From Glaucostegus cemiculus (Eukaryota), in the NCBI GenBank assembly GCA_976551045.1, contig CDPCPM010000010.1, positions 13,020,001 through 13,084,000 on the forward strand: 64,000 nt of DNA, in the 5' to 3' direction. Positions 11,401 through 24,906 of the stretch are shown here, piece by piece. Positions within the stretch are counted from its first letter, which is position 1. Each line of letters begins with the position of its first letter. The position numbers and the translations under genes were made by a program. The notes below the pieces were generated by a model that did not search any database, was not told the origin of the DNA, and saw nothing but the letters and a program-made list of their open reading frames with translations.

Positions 11401-13700
11401 AAGGTGTCGTGATGCAAATTCAGTAGATGAGTGATGTGCAATAACTGAGATTCTTAAATATTAATTTTATACTTTTTCTTTCACCCGTTTTCCTTTTGCA
11501 AGCCTTATTGATGTACACTCGTTAAAATTCTAAAGTTTGAACTGAATTCCCATCTTTACCAACTTCTTTGAAGAAAAGCACTTTTATTATTCAAGAAAAA
11601 TGCTTGTGCATAAACAAAAAACATTTTTGGCAAGAAGTCAAATTTGGAATTAATTTTCTGTTTTACATGATTTGAGTAGGAGCCAATTAAAAGAAAACCA
11701 AAAAATAGTATGGTAGTAAGTTTCTTTGCTCTAAGTTTAAAGTCTCAGTTTGTAAAACTTGCTAAATGTCAAAATGTGATACCATTACCTTTCCGGTCTG
11801 TTTCAAAAGTTTTACCTAAAATATTTGACTGATTTACTGCCATTTAATATCAATTAAGCATGGTGCTGATTTAATTTTTAATTGTCAGAAATGAAGTTAA
11901 TTTTAGAAGTTTTAGAAATATTTTTTGTTGTATTTTCACAATCCTAATAAATTCCTTTTGAGAATCTTTGGTGGTAGACTATTTTGTTGGAATATGCTTT
12001 TAAGATGGAATGCAGGTAACTGTTCAGATTGCCTCAATGTAATGCAGGGATACCACAACGTTGATGTTTGCTGATTTTTGAATACTTCCAAGCTTCCCAA
12101 TGCGTAATGGTTTTATGGGAGTTTTTTTTTATAAGATAACATTGACAAAACTCTCAGGTTAATATTTTACAAGATTTTCTTTGAATAAAACGTGTAGCTT
12201 TTCTTTTAGAATTATTGTTGTTCTTTTTATACATTATGAAGTATAAACTACTGATTCTGAAAAAGTGCTTCAACACTTATTTGTCAGATGGAAATGTTGT
12301 ACAAGCCCAGAAAAGGATGCCAGTTATCTTTGAATTTTAGTTTACAGGGCAAGTAATTATCAATTTAATCTACCTGATCACTTGCCACTTGTTGCAGATT
12401 CATGCTTCATTTATAATTGGATTATATAATCATTTTCCAGAAGTTTAATTTGCTCCTTTGTCCACAACTTGAAGATTGGTTTGAGTGTTATTGTTAACAT
12501 TGTATTCAATTAAACTACCAAACATTGCCTGGAAGGCAATGGATCAAATAATTAAGTATTTAATATAGAGTTTGGGCATCAAATTCTTTCTTTTTCCATG
12601 TGAAGATGTAAACAGCTGCCACTATATTACATGCAAATTTTGCAATACTATTTATGGACTAGGAAAGATTAATGAATTTATTGTGCCATTTATTATTGGC
12701 AGTTCAGAAAAAAATTGTAAGATAATTTCAACTATAACTGTCAAAAAAATATCAATGCAAATACAGAAAAGTGGCATATGCACTGTATTGTATCACTCTT
12801 CGATCAGATATGAAAGTTCAGATTGCAGTTACTTAAATTCCACAAAATCTGGCAATTTATTTTAAATGTAGAACTTTGATGGAGCCTACATTTAGAATGA
12901 ATATTGTGACTGAGTCTTGAGTCACTTAAAACCTACCTTTTGCCATGCCCACTCTGCTTGAGATTTTGGTTGCAAGATCCTTGTATTGCATCAAATGGAT
13001 CTCAAAAGTACAAAATGTGATGCCATTGATATTAGCAGTAATGAACTGATAACAAATGAGATGAATACTGGTGCTATAATTTTCTTAGTTTCTAAAGTTA
13101 CTTTCAGCCCTTAAGGGTATTAACCGTCTAATGCAGTTACTTGTTTAAGTGGGACAATTTTACTTAAATTGAAATAAATTTGAGATTTAAGCATGCATCA
13201 TAATAGAACTTTTGTACTCTTGAGACTTGATCAGAAATTAAACATTTATCTCAAATTGGAATAGTTATTCTTTGCAGTTTATAATATTGATGTTCAACTG
13301 TTTCATGATGTGCTCAGATCAAATTTGACATATTAGACATACGTTGGGCATGGTTAACTTGAAACTGGCAGTCCATTTAAAAAGTAGTGTGATAATCATC
13401 AATGCGGCATAGTTATCACATTTGTTTACTCCATTAATGATGCAAAAAAAATCTTCAGCCTGCCTCAGTTGTAAACCAGCTGTGAACTTGATTCAATTTG
13501 CATTTCTGCAGATTGAACAACCCGATGCCTTTTACTGAAAGAGGCAGGAAAGTCAAATTTGTACAAAGCAAGATTTAATATAACTTGTGTCTGAAAAATA
13601 ACTGTTTGGATTATGCAGAACTAAATTTATTTTTTTTATCACCTTTTTCTGGTAACACGTACTGCTTTGTTGCATGGTAAATAAATATGCAAATGAATCA
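8460..13700 (+). other. Probable long PURA 3' UTR with several poly(A) signals
   Basis: About 5 kb of AU-rich DNA with no recognisable transposon. AATAAA at 10444, 11145, 12184, 13173 and 13680, plus miRNA seed matches. The true 3' end cannot be fixed from sequence alone. Confidence 0.5.
8829..8971. other. Assembly gap (143 N)
   Basis: Run of N. Confidence 1.
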
Positions 13701-14149
13701 TTTATAAAAGAGCACATTTTAGGTCTCTACACTGCGCAGTTTTCTGATCCAGGGAGCTAGATGATCTTTTTCTTGGTCTGACTCAACTGCTTTTCTCCAA
13801 GCCACCAAGATAATGGAGGAGTTCTGTTCTATTGATGTGGCTAATATGATCAGTACAGTGGTATGCTGTTGTATAGGCTTGCATTTTGGGGGCGGGGGGG
13901 TGGTGTGGTGAAGCTGTATTGCATGGATGTTTCAATATATCTGCCTGATTTTAAAAAGTGCATGTTCTTTTTCCATCACTTTGATTTTTATTTGCCTGTA
14001 TTTTCCTATCAGTTTGAGATGTACTTTCAAGTTGCTATTAGTGTTGTTTTCAGGTTCTTCACTGACGTACACTCTGTTAGCCTCGGGCTATTCACTCTCT
14101 TTTTTTCTTATTCTCCAAGTAGTACTGTTTCTCCCAATGACATACCAAA

Positions 14150-14470
14150 GGCATTGAAGTACAGCACAGAAACAGGCCCATGAAGTCAGCATTGATCATC
14201 AAGCACCCATTTAGACTAATCCTACATTATTCCCATATTTTATTGTCTCCTCCCATTCTCATCAACTTTTCCCAGATTACACCACTCACCTAGGGGCAAT
14301 TTGCAGTGGCAAATTAATTTGCATATCTGTGGGATATTGGAGGAAACTGGAGCACCCAGAGGAAACTTATTGGATCACAGGGAGAACATGCAAACTCCAC
14401 ACAGGCAGCACTTGAGGTCAGGATTGAACATGGATCCCTGGGGCTGTGAGGCAGCAGCTCTACTAGTTTT
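14150..14470 (-). mobile_element. V-domain tRNA-derived SINE (HE1-like)
   Basis: Reverse strand carries a tRNA-like head, the V-domain gtttgcatgttctccctgtga...tttcctctgggtgctccagtttcctcc, and a CR1-like tail gggcctgtttctgtgctgta. Confidence 0.85.
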
Positions 14471-15384
14471 GCTAACTTTTTTAACTTAAAATATCACATC
14501 TATATCAATACAGCTGATGATCGTATTTACTGAGTCAAGTCATTATACAATTGAGGATTTCACCAAGATTTGGAATATGGCTTTAAGTAACTCCAGCAAT
14601 TTGTTTGAAGGCACAGAGTACTTCTGTCCAAATGATTAAATTTTCAGTTTTTTTAATCTTATGATTTGCTCTAACTTGTAATAACCTTCAATCAGTCACC
14701 TTGCTTGTGGTGGTTGTAACAAATTGGGAATTCCATATTCTACCCAAGTGACTACAGTTTGATTATTTTATGGTTTTATTTACTTGTAATTTCATTGCAC
14801 CTTTATCAAGTATTTATAATTAAACCATTTCAAGATTCCAAATTTGAACTGAGGTTTTTGTGAGATTTTAAGATTACTCCAAAACTTGCTATACAAGCTT
14901 AATATCCATAGATGTGATGATAAAAGATTTAATATCACTCTCTAACATGAAATGATCAGTGTATATTTTTGTTTATTTGGTGTAAATCAAAAAATACATT
15001 TGCAATTAAAAATGTGGGGGATGTGAGCTTGTAAGTACTGATATGTCCAATTTCATTTTCATTCCATGTACTGATCCTGGCAATCAGCACAATGTCCTAA
15101 CTTATCACAAACAGCCTCTAGAGATACAAAAATATATAGTTCAAGTTTCATAAGCATTGGGAATCCTGTACTCTGGTACAACTCAGGGCACTTGCAGAGC
15201 AAAGCGTCCATTAGGAATCCAGAAACATGCATCTTCTACATGATCAATATCAACTTTTCCACATCTTACTGTAGTGGTTTTCATGTTAGGTGAGATTGCT
15301 AATTAGTTCCAGCTTTGAATTGTGGGCTGAGGTCTGCAGATGAATGGCTGATGCACAGAGCCAAAGAGCAAAACTGCTCATCAA

Positions 15385-15545
15385 AAAGCAAAAAGAAAAT
15401 TGCAGATGCTGGAATTCTAAAATAATAGCAGAAAATGCAGGAAATATTCAGATGGTCATGCAGCATCCATCAGTTTATTGACCTGAAGGCTTAACTCATT
15501 TTATTTGCTCCACAGATGCTGCTTAACCTGAGCATTGTTTCATTT
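15385..15545. mobile_element. Inverted pair of Penelope pseudo-LTR fragments (hairpin mini-element)
   Basis: gcagatgctgga...cagaaaatgcaggaaatattcag...gcagcatc is followed by the opposite-orientation gacctgaaggcttaactc...ccacagatgctgcttaacctgagc. Confidence 0.65.
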
Positions 15546-15914
15546 CAAAAAGAATTATGAACTTGCTGTCTTCAAACCTATGTTCCTGAAAGGTGTGGAT
15601 AGTACTTTAACCTTTGCATTATTGACCCCAAATTAGCCTTAAATAATCTATTAACTGTATTATATCAAAGTAAGGGCTTGGATACTTAATTTGCTTAATT
15701 GTAACATCAGACTAAATTAAAAGTGCCACATTACATTTTTTTTAAAATCAATGGTTAATGATTACTTATACAAGGATGTTGTCAGTCAACTGAAAAAGGA
15801 AAAACTTTAAAAATAATATGATACCAAGTTGCATTCTCAATGAATTGCTACTTTTTAAATTATTTTTAATTATTTTATGCTTGGGTAAAACCTGCATTAC
15901 GTGGGCGGAAAAAA

Positions 15915-16230
15915 GAACTTGTATTAATGCTATTTCATGTCCTCCATATATTAGAAAGGACTTCATAGGCAGCGTGTTATTTACAAAGTGTTGTTACTTA
16001 TAAGGGCAAAAATGTTAACCTTTTATGCACAGCAAATTCTCACAACAGCTAAATAAATTACTGTTTAAGCTATTCTAGCCTTGTAGAAATAGGAAGGTGA
16101 TTGTGGTTGAAAGAATGAGTAAAGGGAACACTGGAAATTCTTCCTTTGCATCTAGTTCTGTGGAATTTTTAAAATGCCAGTTAAGAGTATAAGCATGATA
16201 TCAATTTAATTACATAGGAAAAAGACAAGA
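15915..16230 (-). mobile_element. Decayed DeuSINE
   Basis: aagaacttgtatt...ttttatgcacagcaaattctcacaacagc...ggttgaaagaatg...aacactgg is similar to the copy at 190-1080. Confidence 0.5.
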
Positions 16231-17039
16231 CTTTCTCAACTGATCATGTTTAGGAATGCATGAACCTTACTCTATTAAATAGAAAGGAAGAAAAGATTTG
16301 GAATGGATTTAAAACAATTAGACATTACAAGGAGCTTTATAGATAGCCTGTGAGAAAGCTTCAGCACTTAGTGTTTAATATTTTTGCATCCCTGATTTGA
16401 TGTTAGTAAGAAAGGAATGTAGCTTCAGAAGATGTACGCCTTGATAGATTAACCAGGATTGTAAAGTACATGAAGCTTTAACAGGCTTTTCCCAGAATCA
16501 GTTTGATAATTTCAGTTCAAATATCCTGAATTCACTGATTTTTCAAAATTTGTTTTATTCCTGAACAAGATGATATTGCATAATGGAGTTCTAATTAATG
16601 TACTTCACATTTAACAGTTAACTCAATCCATTAATCTTGTCTTCTAAAGAAGGTATAGTAGGCTCCTGATATTTCTGAACGTGGAATTATGTTGCAACTA
16701 CACTTCATCATAGAACTTAGTATGCTCAGATTTATTGACAAAATATATAAAGGAGAAAATATTGTAACATTTCTATCTACAAATGGTTAAACATATTCTT
16801 AATTATAGAAAAATGCTTGTGCTGCCAAGAACTTGTCAAAAGACTATGCTCAGATAGCAAGTTGCGTGGGATGATTTGTCATGAAGTCCCTCTCGCCTTC
16901 AGGTGCATATTCCCAGAAAGGAGAACAGATTTGAAGGACCCTTGAGTACAAGGATATCTGTTGTCATTTATTCCCCCAAGGTCAGCTTTTATTCCTTGGA
17001 AAACAAAATCTGTTGAACGTTTATGACTCCTAGATGTGA

Positions 17040-17890
17040 AAATCTTGAAAGTTGAACCTTCTCACCTTTCCCATCACAACTTTTCAAATGTTAATATTTA
17101 ACAAGTTACCTTCAGTCTTCCAATTTTGAACTGAGGCTTGAGCCATTCTATCTTTCCTGATTAGATATAAGCTCTCTGATTCAACATCATTTTTTGTACC
17201 TTCTCTGGTATTTTTATTTTTTTTTATAACTGTTTACAATACCCTACCTGTGGCTTAATCAGGATTGTGAAAATTGCCTGCTTTTCTTCTGGAAATTAAC
17301 ACCCGTACATGTATCCTACGCCCCAGCTGATGAAGGCAAGAATTCCACACGCTGCCTTCACCATTTGTCTACCTGTGCTACTACCTTTTGGGGATCTCTT
17401 AGACTGGTACACTAAGTCCCTTTTGTTGCCTTATTAGCGTGTATTTCTACTTATGATGATTTGTTTATATGTACCCACTACCCTAAGTTCCTTTTTCTCC
17501 TTTATCCTATTTATTATGCTCTTTCTTTCCAAGTTGTCTGTCCTATCTCCTTACCAAAATAAACCCCACACAGTTGCTTATAGTTTATTTGAAAGCTGTG
17601 CCCTCTGCCTGCACGTTGTGAATGTTTTCATGTATTTAGTCAAAGTCCATGTCATTTGCAAATTATGAAATTGTATTTCCAATTCCCTTTCAAAATTATT
17701 CATGTAACTGCTGAATAAGACAAGTGCCCTGCACCAATCCTTGTGAGACACTACTTTCCACCCTTTTCCATTTGAGTATTTGCTTGTGAACACTTGCTCT
17801 GTTCTTCTCATTTGCAGCCAACATGCTATTCATTCTGTTACTTGTGCTTGGAACTCACATGTTCCATTTTCCACCATAAATCAGCTTTCC
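17040..17890 (-). mobile_element. Decayed CR1 LINE (RT and 3' part)
   Basis: Minus-strand translation CRALVLFSSYMNNFERELEIQFHNLQMT resembles the CR1 LGP.LF.IYINDL...ISKFADD region with frameshifts. Confidence 0.55.
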
Positions 17891-18639
17891 AGAGTAAGCA
17901 AGTAAACAGCAACAGAAAATTGACTATTGGTTTTGTGGGGATTTGCCTTTTCATACACTGTAGCTTGTTCTAAAGATTTAAGTGAGGCTCTTTGGCGAGC
18001 AAGAAATATTTCCTACAACATTGATGAGAAAATTAACTAGGAGTACAATTTAAATGTTACCCCTCCTAAAGTGTAGATTTTGCCTGAACAAACCCACAAC
18101 ATGGCATTTGTATATTGGGAACAGTTTGAGGTAACTATTGGCTGTGTAATACTTGATGTAAAATGTATATAGTATATTAGAATAGCATGTTAAGTAAGCC
18201 TAGTGATAAAGCTGCTACAATCCACTCTATGTTTCAACTAAGGAATGACTCGTTGTCAAGGAAACTGGCATGCATGAATTCCATTTCTTTAGCCTTGCTT
18301 TCCAGAATGCTATTTTTCTCTTCTAACTTTAGGAGTTGATTTGTGGGATGGGGAGAGATGGAAAGAACACAACTTGACCATGTTACAAGTTGATGGTTAA
18401 CTGGGAAATTTAGCATAGATTGTTCCTAGTTATGTGTTGCAGTAAAGAGAAATTCATTGGAGATGGTGGGAGACAATGGTTGATATTACAGCCTGATATC
18501 GTTCCCAATATAAACATGAACATCAGCATCTACAATATGCTGTTGCAAGGTGTTTTCATATATTACAGTCAATATAGTTTTCACAGCATAATAGAAATTA
18601 TAAAGAAGATAGCTATTTGCATCAATGGACATGATTTGC

Positions 18640-18870
18640 ACGATGGACATGCCTTTAGCTGCCAAGACCCCAACTTCTGGCATACTGTCCCAAAATCTCT
18701 CTAGCTCCCTATCTATCTTGTTGCCTCCTTTTAAAACATTTTTAAAGCCTACCTTTTTGACTAAGCTTCAGTCATCTGCGTTAATTTCTTTATATGGTTC
18801 ACCTTCACTTTTTTTAAAACAATCCTGTTATATCTTGCAGCATTAATGATGCTATGTAAATTTAATAATG
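18640..18870 (+). mobile_element. L2 LINE 3' end
   Basis: GHAFSCQDPNFWHTVPKSL then FKTFLKPTFLT resembles the L2 terminal motif G.RAFS...P.LWN.LP...FK..LKT.LF. Confidence 0.65.
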
Positions 18871-18914
18871 AAGTAAATTAAATTTGTTTCACCTTGATTA
18901 ATACACTTTATTTC

Positions 18915-20280
18915 ACAGATAGAGGTATACAGTGCATAAATAGGCCCTTCAGCCCTCCATCTCTATGCTGACCATCAAATACCTACCCAAACTAATCCCA
19001 TTTACAAGTACTTGGTTTGTAATTTACTATGTCCTGGCTTTTCAAGTGCCTGCCCAGATGCTACATAAATGCTTTGAGAGTACCTCCCTCCATTTTCTCA
19101 GGCAGTGTGTTCTAGATTGCAACCACCCTCTGGGTGAAAAAATTCTGCCTCTGATCCTTTCTAAACTTCTTACTACTTACCTGAAACGTATGTCCTCTGG
19201 TCTTGGACACCTGTGCCATGGGGAAAGGTTTCCTTCCAGTTACTCTGTCTATGTCTCGAATAATGTTGTATACTTGTATAAGGTTCTCCCTCTTCCACCA
19301 CCCCCCACCTCCCCTCCCCCCACCCCCCACCAGCCTTCTCTGCTCTACGGAAAACCTAGCCTATCAATCTTTCTTCATAACTGAAAAATTCCAACCCATG
19401 TGACATCCTGATGAATCTCTTCTACACTCTCTCCTGTTCAATCACATCCTTCCTATTGTGTGGCAACCAAAACTGCATACAATATATCAGCTGTGGCCTG
19501 ACTAATACTTTGCCAAGACTTACTGAGACTACACTTGTATTCTATGTCCCTGTTAATGAAGGCAAGTATAAAGTATGATGCCTGCACCACGCCTGTGCTT
19601 ATCTCTGCTGCCACCTTTGGGGATCTTTGGACTTGCTCTCCACCAAGATCCCTTTGTTCCTCAATACTCTTTAGACCCTACCATTTCATGGAATAGGTCC
19701 TACCTTATTAGATCCCACAAATTGTATATCAATTTGCATTTATCAGGATTAAATTCTATCTGCCTTTGCCCTGCCCAACTTATCAACTGATCACTTTCAT
19801 TCTGTAGCCAAAGACTATCTGCCTCGCTATCAACAATCCAACCTATTTTACAGTCGTATGCAGACTTGCTAATCATTCCTCCAACATTGACATCCGAGGT
19901 ATTAATGTATATAACAAACAACAAAGGTCCCAGCACCGATCCCTGTGCTGGTCACAAACTTTGGATCACAAAAGCAACCCTCCACCATTATCTTGTGTTT
20001 CCTATTATCAAGCCAATTTTGGATCCAACTTGCCTTGGATCCCACAGTCTCTGGCCTTTTTGGGCCAGCCTTCCATGTTGGCCCTTATTTAAGGCCTTAA
20101 TGAAGTCTGTGTAAACCATTGTATTCATCAATATATTTAGTGACTTAAAAAAAAATCTAAATTAAATTAGCCAGCTAGGCTCTCCTACCAACAAATCCTT
20201 GATCAATCCATGTCTTAGTGTAAATTAACCTGTCCCTCAAGATATTTTTCCAGAAATTTCCCTAATACTGATGTTAGACC
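18915..20280 (-). mobile_element. CR1 LINE, 5'-truncated, RT region to 3' tail
   Basis: ORFs LGPLLFVIYINTSDVNVGGMISKSAYDCKIG...IEFNPDKCK and RENLIQVYNIIRDIDRV...SKTRGHTFQV...NFFTQRVV. Tail resembles that of the V-SINEs. Confidence 0.9.
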
Positions 20281-20559
20281 AAATTATTGGTATTTTTATT
20301 TCAAACAGTACTCTGGGTAAATTGAAAGTTTTTTTTCAGCATATGGTGTATTTAAACTGCTCATCATAGATACATGCTGTCAAAATATTTTAAGGAAGGT
20401 TACCTACTTGGGAAATAACATTCTCTGAATGTAGTTTATTCCAAACTTGTCATACTGCAATGCCACCAAAGAACTTAGTGCACAATTTGATCTATTTCAT
20501 TTGGGATCCCCTCCAGTGCCACAGTTTCTAAGGGTACTGCTTCTTGGTATCATGCAACC

Positions 20560-20730
20560 CCCATGTTGCTGGAACTAGACTGGAGTTGTGCCTCATGCAA
20601 GTATGATAGTTGTGGTTGTTGAAGGCCACACACTTCAGGCCCAGGATATTGCTGCAGGGGTTCTTTGGAGGAGTGCTCTAGACCTTCAGCTGCTTCATCA
20701 ATTATCTTGCTTTCATCATACGGTCATAAA
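20560..20730 (+). mobile_element. Short RT fragment of a second CR1/L2-group LINE family
   Basis: Encodes VVVEGHTLQAQDIAAGVLWRSAL...FSCFIN, a degenerate GVPQGSVLGP..FSCFIND. Confidence 0.6.
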
Positions 20731-20839
20731 ACAGTGATCTAGAAATTAAATAATCCAGAAGTAAAACATCTGTTTTCAAAACATTGGAATGGTGTGAAAC
20801 ATCAAGCTGGTGGCACAGGCTACTTAAGTTATAATATAA

Positions 20840-21850
20840 TTTAAGGGAGTCAACATGCTTTTAAGAAAAGAAAATCATGTTTGACATATCTGAATTTTCT
20901 GGTAAAATGAGCAGAATGGTTAAAGGGATGTAGTACATCCAGATTATGAAAAGGCATTTGACTGGGCTTGGAGGTAATAGTATGAAAGGAAAATTGATTA
21001 AAGCACAGAAATCAGTAGGAATAAATAAATCATTTTCAGATTAGCAGGCTGTTACTAGTGGAATGGCATGGCTATCAGTATGGAGCCCTCATCGATTCCC
21101 AGGTTATTAATAATTTGGGTAAAATGCAATGTCTCAGCTGAGGGGTATAGACATTAACAAGAAGGGAAAGAAAGTGGTAGATCTGGTATAATGTGGTGAG
21201 GAGAATAGAAAAGTTTTTTTTAAAACTCTGCAAAATTAGAAAATTTTGATGCACAGAGATCTTTGTGCTGATTATTGAATTGCAAAAATGACTAAATACA
21301 ACAGGCAAAGCAAAGTAAGCTCCAAGTGTGTTGCCATTTATTAGGAAGTCTTGCTACAATTGTGTAGGGCTTTGGTGAGATTATACCTGGAATATTGTAT
21401 GCAGTTTTGATCTTCATGCCTAAGAAAAGATACTTGGCTTGGAGTCAGTCCAGCATATTTTCACTACATTGATTTCTGATATGAGGGGATTGCTTTGAGG
21501 AGAGAATAGGTAAAATTGGCAAATAGTCACTGGAGTTTGGAAGACTGAACAATGATTTTATTGAATTGTACAAGATTCTGAGAGGGATTGACAGGGTGCC
21601 AAAGCTGGGGAATCCAGAATCAGAGGCTAAATCTTAGGATAAGAGTTACCTAACTCAATTTGGACTGAAATGTGATTTTTTTCGGTGCATGTAAAGCTTC
21701 AGAATTCTTTATCTTCAAGATCGGTGAACTTTCAGGCACTGGTAATATTTAAGGTTGACATTGATTTTTGGACAGTATGGAATTTGGATGGGAAAGTGAG
21801 GAGGTACAGGATCAGCTACAAGCTTATTGAATGGTGGAGCAGAATTCAGG
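20840..21850 (+). mobile_element. Decayed CR1 LINE
   Basis: SQHAF.KRKSCLT...DVV..DY.KAFD, LLQLCRALVRLYLEYCMQF and SLEFGRL motifs, followed by a CR1 tail. Confidence 0.75.
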
Positions 21851-23625
21851 ACTCTGGCTAAATCTCACTGAACAGATCTTCCTGAAAAGTGGCACAGTGA
21901 TGTATGGTAAGAAGGAATGGTCTTGAAGGCCCTCATCTTGGACTCCAGATCCCAGGAAGTCTCATGATATTAGGTTCTAGTTGGGTAAAGAAACTCTTTG
22001 TCAGATTGCCTCTTAGTGCCTTCCCTGTGTTCAGCTTATGGACACAGCTCCATGAATATCCTAAATCCCAATGATAGCAGAGGCCACATATGAGTGAGGT
22101 GAATGTGCTTAAAGTGCTTACAACTATTTTCATCCAGGACTGCCAGTAGATCATTTGTATTGGTCTCTCCCTGAAGTTTCCACTGTTGTGCCGATTCAAG
22201 TCTTCTATCCAGTCTTCTGCCGATTCAAATAATTCCCCATGACATCAAAACACAGATGAGAATACTAAATAAGTAGCAAAGGCTATAGAACTTAACACTA
22301 TCAGTGTACTGCAGGTGAATTGTGAAGCTAAACATGCTCTTCTTGTGCAGTTATGATGTTGGCAAACACCCAGCAATGTGGAAATTTGTCCTGGTATGTT
22401 CTGTCCACAAAAAGCATACAGATGAAATATTGTGCTGTCAGTTCCAGTCTTCAGCAAAGTGGAGGAAGCTGCCTTGGAAAGTGTTCTCAAGCTTCAGATT
22501 CATCTATAAACCAGCTTTCTGGTGTTTAGCTTGGGTTCCTCTGGGACTAATATCCAGACAACACTACTGCGTTGGTCCAAACATACATGTAGGAGCTGAG
22601 TTTTGGAAGTGAGGCAGAATTGCTTATTTTTGCAGTCAAATTTTGCCTTGGTATCATATGGCATTAAGGTTTCATTGCCGTATTTGAAGGAAGTGGGAAC
22701 CCAGGGGCATTTTCTCCTCTAGCTAGAGTTTACACAAAAGTCCTTGCACAAAAGATAATGATTCAGTCGATCCTTAGGGCAATATCCAAAATGCAGCCTT
22801 CCATGCCTTTTCCCCATAAGGTAAGATCAGAAGTATATAACGATATTCAACTCCACAGCTCATTAAAAAAAAAATGACTATTTTCAGTAGGACTTGGATA
22901 ACATTCAGGCAGTCTTGTAAATGGCAAATAATATTCACTGTCAGGGAATGGCCATTTCCAACAAGAGAGAATCTAACAACCTACACTTGACACTCAGTGG
23001 GATTACCATCACCCAGACCTTCATCTTCAACAAAATGGTGGTCAACATTGTCTGGAAATAACTAGACAGTCAAGTAAATATTCTGGTATCAGGAGTAGCT
23101 GAGAAGCTGTGAATTTCATTGTATGTGATATGCTTCCTGACTCCCCAAAACCTTGCCACCAAATACAGGGCAAAAGTAAGGATTGTAATGGTGCACTGTC
23201 AGCTTGCCGGGATGTGCAGCTCTCTATACTATCCAGCCTTAGACAGCCTATTTGATTGGCATGCAGTCCTCTGCCCTTAACATTTATTCCCTCCATTATC
23301 AGCACATTGTGGTGCAGTGGGTACATCTAGAAAGTACTTTGCAGCAACTTCTAATAGAACATCTCCCTACCCAGCACATATACCAAGAATAAAGGCAGAA
23401 GCCATATTGGAGTGCCAGCATCTGTGAGTTTTCTTTTCTAGCTGCACCACATTGAAATTAAAATGCATCAGTGATGATCACAAAGTGGGAACTCTCTGGC
23501 CGATTGTATTGTGGAGAAAACCATTAGGAGGACTGCAATAGTTCAAGGAGCTTCACCATCACCTTTAGGGTCATCTGGGAACAGCAATAAATGTAACTTT
23601 GCCCACATCCTGAAAGTAAAATAAA
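21850..23625 (+). mobile_element. Decayed CR1/L2-group LINE (second family), ORF2 to 3' tail
   Basis: LFLCSYDVGKHPAMWKFVLVCSVHKKH resembles LFQYSY..GIYP.MWK.AQVCPVHKK. Also DLDNIQA, and a tail gcaataaatg...gcccacatcc plus A-run. Confidence 0.65.
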
Positions 23626-23689
23626 AAGTGAGGACATTTGTAGATGATTGAACAGTATTTACTTTTGGTTCCAATTGGATAATCAAGCA

Positions 23690-24350
23690 GCCAGCAAATC
23701 TCAAAAACATTCAGGCATGGGTAGAAAAGTGGCAAGTGACACTTGTGCCACACCTATGCCAAGTACTGACCACCTGTAACATGTGAGTTGGGTCTGTAAC
23801 ATTCAATGGTATTTTCTAGTGCTAAATCCTTCCATCAACAGCAGCATCCATTGTAGTTACGAGAGCAGGTCAGAGAATGGATAACGTGTAAATAATTCAC
23901 ATCTTTTCCATCATCCACTTAGTGAACTAATCTCCACTTGCCTGGATAAATGTGCCTCCAATAGCACTCAGAATTCTTATGATCTAGGGCAAAGCAATGT
24001 GCATGATTAGCATCCCTTTTACTCCCTTCATCATCAAAGCACTGTGGCTGCGTTGTGTATCATCTACAAATTCACTGCAACAACTTTCTAAGGTGTCTTT
24101 CTCAAAGTCCTTAACTATAGGCTGGGAGGACAAGAACTGAACATGCTTGGGTGCATCACTATCTGATAGTACCCTTCTAAATTGCAGACCTTCCTAACTT
24201 TGAATTATATTACCTTTGTGGTCAATAGATCAAACTTGTGGAATTTCTCAATCTATATCAATGTGGGTGATTGTCATTGGAAGTTCAATGGCAGTTCAAG
24301 AAGCTAATGTTACCATCTTCAAGGGCAATTAAGAATAGCGGGGCCAGAAT
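23690..24350 (+). mobile_element. Second decayed copy of the same LINE family (3' part)
   Basis: NIQAWVEKWQVTLVPH and downstream blocks are collinear with 22890-23625. Confidence 0.6.
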
Positions 24351-24906
24351 TTAACGCCCAATCAACCCATATGTGTAACCTTTCTAAAAACAAAAGGTCG
24401 CTAATACATTTCATTCAGCCAGCCATTCTCTCATGTATGAATCTCAACAGCATTTGCCAGTAGGATGTTCAACACAACTGACTTGACCATAATTTAGCTT
24501 CAATATAAAGGAATTAAATTGCTGAACTCAGTTGTATATTAATTTCAAAGGCAGAAACCTAGAGGAAAGAGAATAGGAATTAAGTGCAAGGACACCAAAG
24601 AATAAGAATGTCTACACAAAAGTTGATCTTACATTTTCATTTTATACATGTGCTAAGATTAAAATGGTCTTCCTCCAATAAAGGGGCAGCTTGCTTGTAC
24701 TTATGCAATAAAACACATAACTAGTTTATGATAAAAATTATTTTGAACATTTTTTCATATGTTTTTAATTGCCCTAGATTGCAGAGTGAACTTTAATTTC
24801 ATAAATATGTGGACCATCAACGTGATAGTCTGAAGTGTTACTCCATGTGTAAAGCATTTACTAACAAATGTGCAATATTGATTTCTAGAACAATCTCTTA
24901 AATCGT

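Noticed and set aside
13388-13421. tgtgataa...ttatcaca inverted repeat, also faintly like the IGIP start
   Set aside because: The stem is short and AT-rich. The frame reads MRHSYHICLLH* with no real IGIP similarity.
22890-24350. Adjacent similar LINE 3' segments considered as a tandem segmental duplication
   Set aside because: The copies differ heavily from each other and have different deletions, so independent insertions are more likely.
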